In this document: one piece after another, positions 12,356 to 25,507 of the stretch
Layout of the letters: every line of letters starts with the position of its first letter
Numbering within the stretch: the first letter of the stretch is position 1
NCBI GenBank assembly: GCA_951406725.2
Contig: OX597823.1
Coordinates: 21,018,001 to 21,082,000, forward strand
Direction of reading: 5' to 3'
Length of the DNA stretch: 64,000 nt
Source of the DNA: Octopus vulgaris
Taxonomy: Eukaryota
Made by a program: the position numbers and the translations under genes
Notes under the pieces: model-generated
Told to the model about the DNA's origin: nothing
What the model saw: the letters and a program-made list of their open reading frames with translations, nothing else
The model's database searches: none

Positions 12356-13545
12356 ACTGGGGAACATGAAAATTAGTGCCTGAGATATTACTTTGATCTC
12401 TGATTCTAAATATGCCATTAGCTGTTTTTCCTTCACTTCTGGTTAATAAGATATAAAATACCTTCAATTTTAATGCATACGACAAATTGGACACTAGCAC
12501 CGATATCTACAAATCATTATTTTTGCCTTATGAATTAATAAAACGAATTCATACACTTAGGTGTCTTTGATTTATGGAGAATTTACGCCAAGAAATGAGA
12601 TAATAATGAAACAAGCATAGAAAGTTGCATACTGCTCATTTACTCAGATATCTCACAAAAGCGTCTCTTCAAAAAATTCCTGTGATGAGTTGCACCAGGG
12701 GAATCACTTTGAACAGTATTCTGCCATTATGTGGATATCCCATTGTTCTCGGTATCTTTCGTGCACCCTGCTCTTCACTTAAATCACCAAGGTTTTCTGG
12801 GAATCGATTCAAGTGACAGGGGAGATAATGTATCTTGATACTCATTGTACAGCCAAGTTGACTGAAAGAAGATAGCATTCTCTCTACTAGCTCAGTGTAA
12901 TGGTCTGCTATATATTTCCCAAGAAACCTCCGTACAATCATAGTGAAGGAAGACCATGCATCAGTCTCAGTATTGTTCATTGAATCTTCGAAATATGGGT
13001 CTTTCATGAGTTTTCTGATTTGTGGACCGTGAAAAATAACTGCCTTTAGCTTCTCCATGCTCAGCGCTGGAACTTCTCTGTAAATGTGGCAGAAGTATCT
13101 CCCCTCTTTGTTCAGAGCCTTTACAGACTGTTTCATTAAACGTAATTTCATGTGTAGTTGTGGTAAAATGATCTTATTCTGGACAACCGATGGTTCTGAA
13201 ATTACATTTTTTTTATCCTACTAACATGTCTCTCAGAGGCCGCTGTTTTCTCACGCTTTGTTCATCCTTAGATACACTATCTCAGAGTCAGATAATGCAT
13301 GGATACTTAGTGTATCCACTTTGATGGCCCAGGAGAAAATTCATCATCTCTAGGTCCACACAGATTAACCACTGGTGATCGTGATATGATATTTTCTGTA
13401 GGACCAGAGCAATTGTTTTGCTATTCAGTCATATTTGAGTGACCAATTGGGATTGATCCATATTTGTTTCCATTGTGTAGAAGCTCACATTTTAAGATCC
13501 ACTCAGAAGTGTCTATGAACAACCGCCATACTAGATGATGACTTG
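12356..13545 (-). pseudogene. Degenerate DNA transposon, CMC/Chapaev3-like transposase
   Basis: WRLFID, QWLICVDLEMMNFLLGHQSGYTKYPC, LHMKLRLMKQSVKAL..GPQIRKL..GCTMSIKIHYL..FPENLGDLSEEQG. TIR-like ACTGGGGAACA near 12356. Family assigned from remembered motifs. Confidence 0.7.
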
Positions 13546-14814
13546 CGGAAAATTTTACTGTTATTTGTATTAGTTTATTCAGATGCACGGGGTTCATTTG
13601 TTATTGTTCTTTCTCAGTGCCGCAGAATATTTCGTCGTCCATGAATTTTGTTTATCGTTATTCATATTTTATGTATTTTTAAAAGATGATATATATTTTT
13701 TCCACCAGGAAAAAGTGTACTCCGAACACATTATCATTTGAAACAGCCGTTTCTAGCTTCTAGCATTTAGCGCTACAAATAATCTTCCTTCCATGATCGT
13801 TGACAAACCATTTTCTTTGATATTTAACTGTGAACTACTTCAAAGAAAATAATTGCCTGAGAAGCTGTGATGAATATAGATAAATCATGTTTCTACTTAG
13901 CACTAAAATGTAAAGGATAGTTGCAATTCAGATACTTCAAAAATTATAAAACCGAGAAAATGGGAAGGCAAACTTCAAAAGAAATTTCGAAAATGAAATA
14001 AGAAATAATGAAGAGCTTTAGAGCCGGAGGAACGTCTAAGATAAAAGTCTGAAACCTGAGCGAAAATTGGACACAAAGTCATCACATGTACACACAGTCA
14101 TAATGATAGCCAAGATATGGTGCAAATTAAATCTTGTTTACAGATTGTCCAATTAAACTGAGTCGGTTTCAAATTAGGCTGTTTTAGTTCGTTCTTAATG
14201 GTTCTTAGAGTTTATAAGATGTTGACTAATATTTAATCTCATTCATTTGTTGGAACTATGTAATTTCACTCCTCGTGGCAAATAAACCTACTGACATCGA
14301 GAAACTCTTTACGATGTATTACATAATTTCATATTTCCTTTTATTACACTTGACAATGTTTCAACTTAGCCAGAAACCGATCTAGATTATTGGCAGATTC
14401 ATTAACTCGCTGCAGTATATGTATTATTCCGTAATGAACTCAAATGTAACTAAAATCAACTTACCTTTCCATTCTTACCGAATCAATAAACAGAGTTACC
14501 TATAATTTCGGTGATTCCTGAGACAGTTGGGTGTAGCCAGGTTCTGAAGTTAGAGGGGGCGAACGCATAAAAGAAGGAGCCGTAATAATACGTAATACAT
14601 ACCAAACAGCACACCGTACTGACAAAAGAATTTTACTTAATAAGATCTCGGATGTCATAGTTCTTTGTAGACTTAAATATTTAAATAACTTTTGAATTGT
14701 TTTCCAAAAATAATTAGTTTATACAATTTTAACCTATTTACCCTTTGTGTATATGGATTCATCTTAAAACACTATTATCTGTAGCTTCATAATCTATTTA
14801 ACATGTAATTTTAA

Positions 14815-15014
14815 TACAGTTCTATATTTAAGTGATGAAGAATTATGTACATTATTTACACTATTTATTTTAATTACATTTGACGGATATTAGTCCTAAT
14901 CTTGTTTGTTGTTAACATAACGTTTCAGCTGATATACCCTCCAGCTTACATCAGCTGTCTTGGGGAAATTTCGAACGTGGGTTCTCATTTCCTAAGGTAT
15001 TTTTCGATGTTATT

Positions 15015-15082
<68 letters not shown>

Positions 15083-15109
15083 TGTTGTTGTTGTTGTTAT
15101 TTAAGTCAC
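14815..15109 (-). mobile_element. Family D element, left copy (truncated just after the tRNA head, contains HHR and tail)
   Basis: Reverse complement of 4294-4480 with a longer tail. Confidence 0.75.
14914..14959 (-). ncRNA. Minimal type I hammerhead motif (core lesion CTGATGA>CTGATGT)
   Basis: GACAG CTGATGT A AGCTG GAGGGTATAT CAGCT GAAA CG TT ATGTT. Confidence 0.65.
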
Positions 15110-15205
15110 GGGCAAATGGCGTAGTGATTAAGAGCGTGGGCCACAAACCCCAAGATTCCAAGTTCGATTCAAAGCAGTGACCTGAATAATAATAATAATG
15201 ATAAT
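15110..15205 (+). mobile_element. Family D tRNA-like head, head-to-head with 14815-15109
   Basis: A box TGGCGTAGTGA, B box GTTCGATTC, then GTGACCTGAATAATAAT as at 4242-4310. Confidence 0.75.
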
Positions 15206-15239
15206 ATTACACTCGCCCCCACCCCACCCCAACTGAACA

Positions 15240-15708
15240 CCAATGAGGTCATTCTTCTACCCATATACTTTGGAAGACATGCTTCCTGAGTAAGGGTGGA
15301 AGGTATACCACCAGAAATTAATGTAGCCTTGCTGGTGGCAGCGATACTGCTAGGCTTGGGGGATAAAATAGCGGTACTCCAAGTCACTAGCACTGCCGAC
15401 AGAAATTGGCAGGTGCAGACTCTGCATATGGCGGTTCAAGCACCACCGGAGGCCTCGAGGAAATAAAAGAAACAGTTACGGTAAATGAGATAACGCTCAG
15501 GGTCAGAGCGGAGGGGAGAAACCCTCGTTGCTACAAATGTTACCAAAAAGGCCACATTGGGGTAGAATGCCCTCCGCCGCCACGAAAGCTTCAACAATCG
15601 CTAGTATCCAAAAAAAGAAACCGCACCTCCAACAACGGCGGAGGGCAACAGAAGCAAAGAAGAAGAAGAAGATATAGGTTGGAAAGTGATAGCAGACTGA
15701 TGCTTTAA
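15240..15708 (+). pseudogene. Gag/ORF1-like relic with CCHC zinc knuckle
   Basis: VRVEGIPPEI..., LRVRAEGRNPRCYKCYQKGHIGVEC. Resembles 51251-52615. Confidence 0.6.
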
Positions 15709-15835
15709 TGAAACAATAAACACATATATAAAACATCCATTGATATCTTTCCCTCTAAAGATATTGTGCTCAGGCCATTTTAATTTAATATTTAATCAAT
15801 TCACTGAGTATTTATTGAAACAGCTGTAAGTGACG

Positions 15836-16218
15836 GTGGAGGCGCAATGGCCCAGTGGTTAGGGCAGCAGACTCGCGGTCATAGAATCACGGTTTCGATT
15901 CCCAGACCGGGCGATGTGAGTGTTTATTGAGCGAAAACACCTAAAGCTCTACGAGGCTCCGGCAGGGGATGGTGGTGATCCCTGGTGTACTCTTTCACCA
16001 GAACTTTCTCTCAATCTTACTTCCTGTTTCTGTTGTACCTGTATTTCAAAGGGCCGGCCTTGTCACTCTCTGTGTCACGCTGAATATCCCCGAGAACTAC
16101 GTTAAGGGTACACGTGTCTGTGGAGTGCTCAGCCACTTACACGTTAATTTCACGAGCAGGCTGTTCCGTTGATTCGGATCAACCGGAACCCTCGTCGTCG
16201 TAACCGACGGAGTGCTTC
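15836..16218 (+). mobile_element. SINE family A, tail type 1
   Basis: Colinear with 173-551. Confidence 0.9.
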
Positions 16219-16220
16219 CA

Positions 16221-16266
<46 letters not shown>

Positions 16267-16388
16267 TTATTTTAAGAAAACTAATTCTCCAAAATATTAA
16301 GTATTGAACAAGTGTTTACTTGAATGAAACCATCCCTCCATGAAGCTAACACAAACTTCAATAGTATATATATATATAAGAAGAAAGC

Positions 16389-17180
16389 AAAAATACATTG
16401 CGAAGGATTTATCTAAACAATTCAAAATTATTTGCGAATACATCAGTGGCCAGAACATGCAATTAAAAAATTGATTTTTGTAAAAGAGTGTATAATTGTG
16501 AAAGATCACAATTATAACGAAGAGAGTTGTAAATACCCTTACGTGTCTAGAAATAGCAGTCAAAACTGCTATAAACCCACTATAACAACTCATATATCTC
16601 TTCAACAATAAAAGCTGTCGGTGAGCTTCATGATATACAATTCAAAATAAAAATAATTGCAATTTCTAAGTTAAGAGCCAAAACGGTTCGACTCTTCTGG
16701 TGAGAAAAACATTCCTGTAGATAAAAAATAAACACAAAAAACATAGCTTGGGGCTTAATAATATATCAGCTTCTATCTACACGTTAAAAATTCTGAATTT
16801 GAACGTCATGCACAGCATCTATAATAGATGCAACGACCAGTGCAACGAACCACGGAGAAAAACTGGGTATGAATGAATAATAAATAATAAAAGAGAAATC
16901 CAAAAATTCATTGCGAAGGATATATCGTAAAAAATTCAAAATCATTTACCAATATATCAGTGCCCAGAAATGCAATCAAACATTTTATTTTCATAAAAGG
17001 AGAGTGTATAATTATGAATAAATCACAATTATAACAGAGTGGGTTATATTGTTCAAGAGATATACTATGAGTGTTTATAGTGACTTTATAACGGTTCTGA
17101 CCGCTATTTCTAAACATGTAAGAGATTTTACAACCCTCTCTATTATAATTGTGATTTATTCATAATTATACACTCTTCTT
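16389..17180. mobile_element. Cluster of Penelope-type tail remnants in direct and inverted orientation
   Basis: 16389-16540 resembles 16902-17045 (direct). 16485-16610 and 17001-17045 are inverted to 17047-17177. Bounded by (TA)n. Confidence 0.55.
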
Positions 17181-17534
<354 letters not shown>

Positions 17535-17535
17535 A

Positions 17536-17587
<52 letters not shown>

Positions 17588-17596
<9 letters not shown>

Positions 17597-17852
17597 ATTC
17601 AGGGTATCTAAGAGATACCAACCATGCTAGATATAGCAGCCAAAACACTTGACATTAAATTAAGACCACATTAAATGTCCAAACAGCACCAGGAGAAAAG
17701 ACAATGAGAGAAAATAAACTAACAAAAAGAAAAAAAATTACTGGATAATTCCAGTTACCTGATTTCGAAGTTTGTTACCACTCCTTCAGGAACTGTCCAT
17801 ATATAACTATATATATGTATACTGGAATTATCTAGAAACTGGAAAAACAAAA

Positions 17853-17883
<31 letters not shown>

Positions 17884-18345
17884 ATTCAGGGTATCTAAGA
17901 GATACCAACCATGCTAGATATAGCAGCCAAAACACTTGACATTAAGACCACATTAAATGTCCAAACAGCACCAGGAGAAAAGACAATGAGAGAAAATAAA
18001 CTAACAAAAAGAAACAAAATTACTGGATAATTCCAGTTACCTGATTTCGAAGTTTGTTACCACTCCTTCAGGAACTGTCCATATATAACTATATATATGT
18101 ATACTGGAATTATCTAGTAATTTTTTTTTTTTGCTTGTTTATTTTGTTTCTTTGTCTTCTCTCCTGGTGATGTATGAACATTTAATGTGGTTTTAAAGTC
18201 ATATTTTGGCTGCTATATCTAGCATGGTTGGTATCTTTTAGATACCCTTAATTATAATTTTAAGAATAACTGTTACATTTGAGTTTTTTTATTACCATGC
18301 TGGCCACCTGATAAGATCGGTATTTTAAATAACGATCTTATCTTT
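17588..18345. mobile_element. Tandemly duplicated inverted-tail mini-element with HHR-like core
   Basis: 17588-17835 is nearly identical to 17875-18117. 17875-18036 is inverted to 18103-18261. The minus strand reads CCTGAAGGAG..CTTCGAAATCAGGTAACTG between the arms. Confidence 0.7.
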
Positions 18346-18379
18346 ATATAAATAAATAAATTATATATATATATTTATA

Positions 18380-18464
<85 letters not shown>

Positions 18465-18859
18465 CCTGCATCATCGCATCGACCCGACCACCAAATGCTG
18501 GCAGGCATTGCTGGTTACTATGGACTTCGAATTCTATTTTAATCGCCCTGTTCTTTTCCGGCTTAACACAAATTGCTTAATAAGTGGTCTTCCCACCATC
18601 ATGGGGTGGGGGTGGGGCTTCGATATGACCTTTTCAGATCTCTGGGATACCATTCGGCAATTTGTGAACATTTTAACATATCCGAACCAGTTGAGTTTAT
18701 GCTTTCAGTATTCTGCGATCACAACCTTCACTCTACCCCGTTCTCGAATGATCTGATTTCGAATACTTTTACGAGTATGTGTGTGTGTGTGTGTGTGTGT
18801 GTGTCTATGTGTGTGTGTGTGTCTATGTGTGTGTGTGTGTCTATGTGTGTGTGTGTGTG

Positions 18860-18908
<49 letters not shown>

Positions 18909-19312
18909 ATGCGAGCGCATGCATGTATACATACATATCTATGCATAGTTATATATGGACAGTTCCTGAAAGGGTAGTAATAAACTTCGATAATCAGGTC
19001 TATCCACTCCCTGAATTTATATGGTTCCAAATATCTCATGCTTTCCGTCCAAAGTCAGGACCAAATTCTGCAACAGCTTTAGGCTTCAAAATACCGCATT
19101 CTTTTAATATCCAGCGAAATTTAGAAACCTACATGAAGTGTGGAAATAAATATATTCAAGTAAAGCCTAGATACAGGAAGGAAAGCGATTGCGTGCAGCG
19201 GCATCAAGCTTTATTATTCATCAAAGACCGACTAAAAGCTACAGAAGCAGTAAAGTAGTAACAACTACGAAACTAGTGTTCGGACATAGTCGAAATAATC
19301 GGGATACAAATA

Positions 19313-19511
19313 TTCTTTTACTTGTTTCTGTCATTTGACTATGGCCATGCTGAAGTACCGCCAGGACTTATTCTTTGTAAGCCTAGTACTTATTCTGCCG
19401 GTCTCTTTTGCTGAACCGCTAAGTTACGGGGGCGTAAACACTCCAGCATCTGTTGTCAAGCGATGTTGGGTGACAAGCACAGACACACAAACATATACAA
19501 TCACATACATG

Positions 19512-19543
<32 letters not shown>
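19313..19543 (-). mobile_element. SINE family B, 3' half (split by the PLE)
   Basis: Tail and 3' domain up to the internal (TA)n. Continues at 26173. Confidence 0.85.
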
Positions 19544-19544
<1 letters not shown>

Positions 19545-19719
19545 GTTATAAAATGAGATAGGGGTTGAAAATTCAACCCACCATGGGATAATATATATCC
19601 AATATACTGCTAGATAGGTACCCAACAAAATTAATACATAGATGTTAGAAATTGTCAAGCAATCAGTTCATCTATTGTATTAAATGGGTAAGGGTAATAA
19701 TATTACCGTAAATTAATAC

Positions 19720-20378
19720 TACAAAATTAGAGAATGGAGAAACATACTTAAATCAATAAAACATCAACTATCCGATGATACTCAATCCATACTTTAATAC
19801 ACCATTACATAGGAGTAAAGGCAATATATAAAATGAAATGAGATATACAGTAATAGTAAAAGTAAAAAGATAAAGAGATATAAGTAAAAAATTACAAATA
19901 CAATATGCAAATAAATCAAAACTGACAGCTGTTTCGGCAGTGAGGACAGTCATACCTCATTTAACCTATAAGCCATAAAGGCAGGTATAAATGAGGCATT
20001 AACAAAGATGCCCCACGGCCTCTTCAGAGAATTAAATTAAATTTGTTATAATAGTGAAAAATATTATATAATCATATACATATAAATATAAAAATATAAA
20101 AAAGTAAAATATAAAAACTTATACATCATAATGCTACACTTGTATAATATAATACACATTTGTACAAAAAGGAAGGTAACCAGAACAAAATAAAACAAAA
20201 TATATAACAGTGTATATATAATATTAATAAGTACCGATATCATACATATTTAGCTAATAGTTTTTTTTATAAAAAAAAAAAAAAAGGGCTAACACATATG
20301 GAGATGAAAAATAATAATAATTAAATCCGTGGTACAGTTCATAAAATTCTAAAGCTATAAAAGTTAATAAAAATTACT

Positions 20379-20415
<37 letters not shown>

Positions 20416-22001
20416 GTAATAATAATAAAAATAATAAAAATAGATACAGTTAAGTTATCACCAAGTCCATCCTTCCAAGATCGAAATAACTATGAGTTAA
20501 GAAATGCTGACCACTAGGTAAAGAAAATTTAGATTAATTCGATTGGCTATTGGTTTGAAATTTAAATCACAAAAGAAAATTATACGGTTGGTTAGTCAGG
20601 GAACGCCAATATTCACACACGCATCTACAGATCAATCGCACATACACACATAGTTATATGTATATACATACACTTGAACATATACATAATCATAAGCAAC
20701 AACTAACACTTAGATAAACAAATAGGGAAGCAACCATGCTAACACTAAGTCCTTCAAAATTATAACTGAGCCTCAATAACAAAAAAAGAACCATCCATGC
20801 ATTCTATAAAATATTTAATTAAGATATAAATGTATTTTTAAATATCAGTATGTTACTAATTCAGATAATTATTTCATGGGTAACTTAAAATTTATAACAC
20901 CGGTTTGTTGCAGAGTAAACATACGGTTGTTAGGTTTATCGTAAGTTTGTTATGATTTAAAGTACGCTAAATTATAAAATATAAAATATAAAATATATTA
21001 ATTTAGATATTATAAATAAGTCACTTATTAACTTAATAAATATAGTGCCAAAATATACCAGTTTAGGCAATAAAAAATAGAGGGGGAAGTATTAATGTAA
21101 ACGCTTATGAGAACATCACAGAGATTTTAAATAAATTTTATATTATAAAGACTTAATATGAAAAGAGATAAAATAAATAAAAAGGAATAAATACGAAGGA
21201 ATAAATACGGTTATACACATAATTATAAGTACAAACTAGTATATATGTATTCATATATTATTAAAATTAAATAAAAATAAATGATAGATATGTATGTATA
21301 AAACTACACCAGTATAAGTAAATAAGTAAAGAATAAATAGGTAACAAATTAAATGACTTGATATGTATGTAAACATCCACACTTAAATAGGCAAATAAAT
21401 AAATAAATAGAAGACTAGATGCAAATATTGATAATATTACAATAAAATGGGAAATAAATAAAAGTAAATAAAGTGAATATATATATTTTATATTGTTGAA
21501 AGTAAATATGTATGGAAGGATAGTTTAAAGTACAGATCCAGAGGACTATAGATATAAACTAAATATATGAAGCTGGTAACAATTATAAAGCAAAATGCAT
21601 GTAAATGAGAAAATGAAAAAAATGAAAAAGGTTTATCAGTGAATAGCATAAGATACAAATTAAGGTGAGTACAAAAAGACCAAATATATAATAAAAACCT
21701 TCCAAATCAGCACATACAAAAAACCCATAATCTCAACCTAAACCCACCAAACTCACAAAAGGCTCTCATATATTACATATTATACAATATCATTACATTA
21801 TCCAGAGCTAGGTATCTAACCAAGATATACATATATACTTTGCAATATACTATGCAATATTGGAAAACTTCAAAAATCACACATTACAAGGCAAATACCA
21901 AAATGAATATGTTATTTTATGTCATATTGCATTTCTCTTAAAAAAAACAAACAAAAACCCACATACAAAAACCAAGAAACCAATAATACTAGACACATCC
22001 A
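19720..22001 (-). repeat. Left arm of 2.28-kb inverted repeat
   Basis: Reverse complement of 23885-26172. Differences seen by eye: A15 vs T21 tract and one substitution near 20230/25662. Confidence 0.95.
19922..20029 (-). ncRNA. Type I hammerhead ribozyme with 85-nt stem II (left arm)
   Basis: Reverse complement of 25863-25970. Confidence 0.8.
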
Positions 22002-22143
22002 ATTAGTTATTATACAAATGTAGCTATAAAAATTATAAAATTATGAAATTTATAAATTGTATACTCTAGAATTATAGAAGACCACAGGTATATTTAGTTA
22101 AAGAAGGGAATTAAAAAATTGATAATAGTGGAAGTGCTAAGTT

Positions 22144-23884
22144 CTATTTGAATCTAGAAAAGGTGAACGGTAGCCTATGAATACAAAAGAAGTTTTTCTC
22201 ATTAATGTTGTTAATAATTTGCCGACCCGCTTTAATAATGAAGAAAATTTCATTAATACATAGAGAGCATTTTTCATTTTTTCCATTATATACAGGTGCT
22301 GAAGTTAGTATTTTCCAGTTTAATCTAAAATCTAAGTTCTTACTTTTAAGTTCCCAAATATATGCACTTAGCCCTGTAGAGTACATTCTATTTTTATTCC
22401 TAAAAGTATATCTATGATAATTCCATCTTTGTTTTATGCTATTCATAGTTGCCCCGATATACACTCTACTACTCAATTGTGTATCTACAGTGCATTGGTA
22501 AACTACCTCCTTCCTGAGGCATTGATTACCAAATACACATTTATTTTTATTTCTGCAATTACAAAGATTAACAGAATGAGGAAATCTAAGATTGGACACC
22601 ACCCCTATACTACTATTCACATTATAAGTGTTACAATTGTTATCATCATCCAAACCCAAAATCAACGAATGAGTTAATTCCACATTATCGGCTATATTCC
22701 TATCACTAGTACTAGTATTGGTAGTAGTGGTATGATCTATTACATTTATATTATCTCTGACAGGTATGGTGCACTCATTATTAGTAAGGAGGTTGCTCCC
22801 ATTTGTTCCAAGAAAATTTCTATTCCTATTATTAATGAAGAGGGGCAAGTTTTCCTGGTCTAAATTCAATTTTCTATCCTTATAGAAGTGATCCAGTTTC
22901 TTGTTATTAAAAGAGGAGATGATGGTGGCTAGATTATGAGTAATGCTATATCCCACTCTAACAGTACCGTTGTTAATTAAAGGACTAAATTTATTCCTAT
23001 CCTTACCAAAATGCCTAAAAATAATATTATGCAAAGCTCTCACTATGTTTGTTTTAATCTGCATTGCATACGGGATAATCAACCAAAGAGTATCCTTATC
23101 AGAATTAGGATTGCCTATAGAATTAATGTTATTTGTAAAAATCCTATTCGTAGACCAACTCATAGGATTACTATTCTTACCACTGTCATTGTTATATCTA
23201 TCTATATCAATATTACCATGGTTATTGCGCAAGTAAACTTTACCATTATCATGTCTACCATAAGTTTTAATTCGTATATTATTATTAATATTGCTACTAC
23301 TACTCGTATGTTTAGATCTATTTGAGCTACCGTTCACCTTTCCAAGGTTAACGTCACTTCTACATTTATTATAGGTGTTATCATATATTCTGTTTTTACT
23401 ATTCTTATGTATATTGTTGATTATCCTAAATCTATTTGTGTTGTTCTTGATAGTTCTACCTCCATTAGGGGGTTCCCCTTAGGTATAAACCAAATCTTAC
23501 TTTTATATCCTGCCTTAAGTAATGCTGCATTGTATCTATCACAGTGTTTGTTAAAAATTTCCTCGTTTGAGGATAAACTAGAAATTCTTTGACTAATGCT
23601 ACGCACTAGTGCATTTTTAATTTGAGGGGGGTGATTACTAGAACGGTTAATGTATATTAGGTTAGAATTAGGTTTAATATAGGGTTCATGTAAACCATTA
23701 GTAATGTTACAATTAACATCTAAATAATTAGCAGAATAATTTTCACTTTCAATGATAATGGATAGGCCGAAGCTTTTAAAAAATTTGTTTATTCTTTTTT
23801 TCAGAAGATCTAATCTCCTATTTGATGTATTCCTAACACAAAATAAGGCGTCATCCCTGTATAATCCGCCTTTTAATTCAGGGA
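22144..23884 (-). pseudogene. PLE polyprotein fragment: RT C-terminus, thumb, Asn-rich linker and GIY-YIG endonuclease (one frameshift near 23470)
   Basis: IPELKGGLYRDD...YLDV...PYIKPN...SNHPP; WLIIPY...TNI...RHF...VRVGYS; CNCRNKNKCVFGNQCL..VVYQCTV...VYIGAT..IKQRWNYHRYTF...LSAYIWELK...CSLCINE...CIH. Confidence 0.9.
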
Positions 23885-25470
23885 TGGATGTGTCTAGTAT
23901 TATTGGTTTCTTGGTTTTTGTATGTGGGTTTTTGTTTGTTTTTTTTAAGAGAAATGCAATATGACATAAAATAACATATTCATTTTGGTATTTGCCTTGT
24001 AATGTGTGATTTTTGAAGTTTTCCAATATTGCATAGTATATTGCAAAGTATATATGTATATCTTGGTTAGATACCTAGCTCTGGATAATGTAATGATATT
24101 GTATAATATGTAATATATGAGAGCCTTTTGTGAGTTTGGTGGGTTTAGGTTGAGATTATGGGTTTTTTGTATGTGCTGATTTGGAAGGTTTTTATTATAT
24201 ATTTGGTCTTTTTGTACTCACCTTAATTTGTATCTTATGCTATTCACTGATAAACCTTTTTCATTTTTTTCATTTTCTCATTTACATGCATTTTGCTTTA
24301 TAATTGTTACCAGCTTCATATATTTAGTTTATATCTATAGTCCTCTGGATCTGTACTTTAAACTATCCTTCCATACATATTTACTTTCAACAATATAAAA
24401 TATATATATTCACTTTATTTACTTTTATTTATTTCCCATTTTATTGTAATATTATCAATATTTGCATCTAGTCTTCTATTTATTTATTTATTTGCCTATT
24501 TAAGTGTGGATGTTTACATACATATCAAGTCATTTAATTTGTTACCTATTTATTCTTTACTTATTTACTTATACTGGTGTAGTTTTATACATACATATCT
24601 ATCATTTATTTTTATTTAATTTTAATAATATATGAATACATATATACTAGTTTGTACTTATAATTATGTGTATAACCGTATTTATTCCTTCGTATTTATT
24701 CCTTTTTATTTATTTTATCTCTTTTCATATTAAGTCTTTATAATATAAAATTTATTTAAAATCTCTGTGATGTTCTCATAAGCGTTTACATTAATACTTC
24801 CCCCTCTATTTTTTATTGCCTAAACTGGTATATTTTGGCACTATATTTATTAAGTTAATAAGTGACTTATTTATAATATCTAAATTAATATATTTTATAT
24901 TTTATATTTTATAATTTAGCGTACTTTAAATCATAACAAACTTACGATAAACCTAACAACCGTATGTTTACTCTGCAACAAACCGGTGTTATAAATTTTA
25001 AGTTACCCATGAAATAATTATCTGAATTAGTAACATACTGATATTTAAAAATACATTTATATCTTAATTAAATATTTTATAGAATGCATGGATGGTTCTT
25101 TTTTTGTTATTGAGGCTCAGTTATAATTTTGAAGGACTTAGTGTTAGCATGGTTGCTTCCCTATTTGTTTATCTAAGTGTTAGTTGTTGCTTATGATTAT
25201 GTATATGTTCAAGTGTATGTATATACATATAACTATGTGTGTATGTGCGATTGATCTGTAGATGCGTGTGTGAATATTGGCGTTCCCTGACTAACCAACC
25301 GTATAATTTTCTTTTGTGATTTAAATTTCAAACCAATAGCCAATCGAATTAATCTAAATTTTCTTTACCTAGTGGTCAGCATTTCTTAACTCATAGTTAT
25401 TTCGATCTTGGAAGGATGGACTTGGTGATAACTTAACTGTATCTATTTTTATTATTTTTATTATTATTAC

Positions 25471-25507
<37 letters not shown>

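Noticed and set aside
15110-15185. Functional tRNA gene
   Set aside because: The acceptor stem does not pair and it is joined to repeat sequence; treated as a retroposon head.
19768-19953. Identical 61-aa ORFs here and at 25939-26124
   Set aside because: By-product of the inverted repeat. They overlap the ribozyme and have no domain signature.
22144-23884. Selenoprotein recoding, as reported for some Naiad elements
   Set aside because: No in-frame TGA in the retained coding part and no SECIS core recognised.
23885-24026. N-terminal 47 aa of ORF 23421-24026
   Set aside because: Lies in the inverted arm (antisense 3' UTR) and is fused by chance to the truncated RT.
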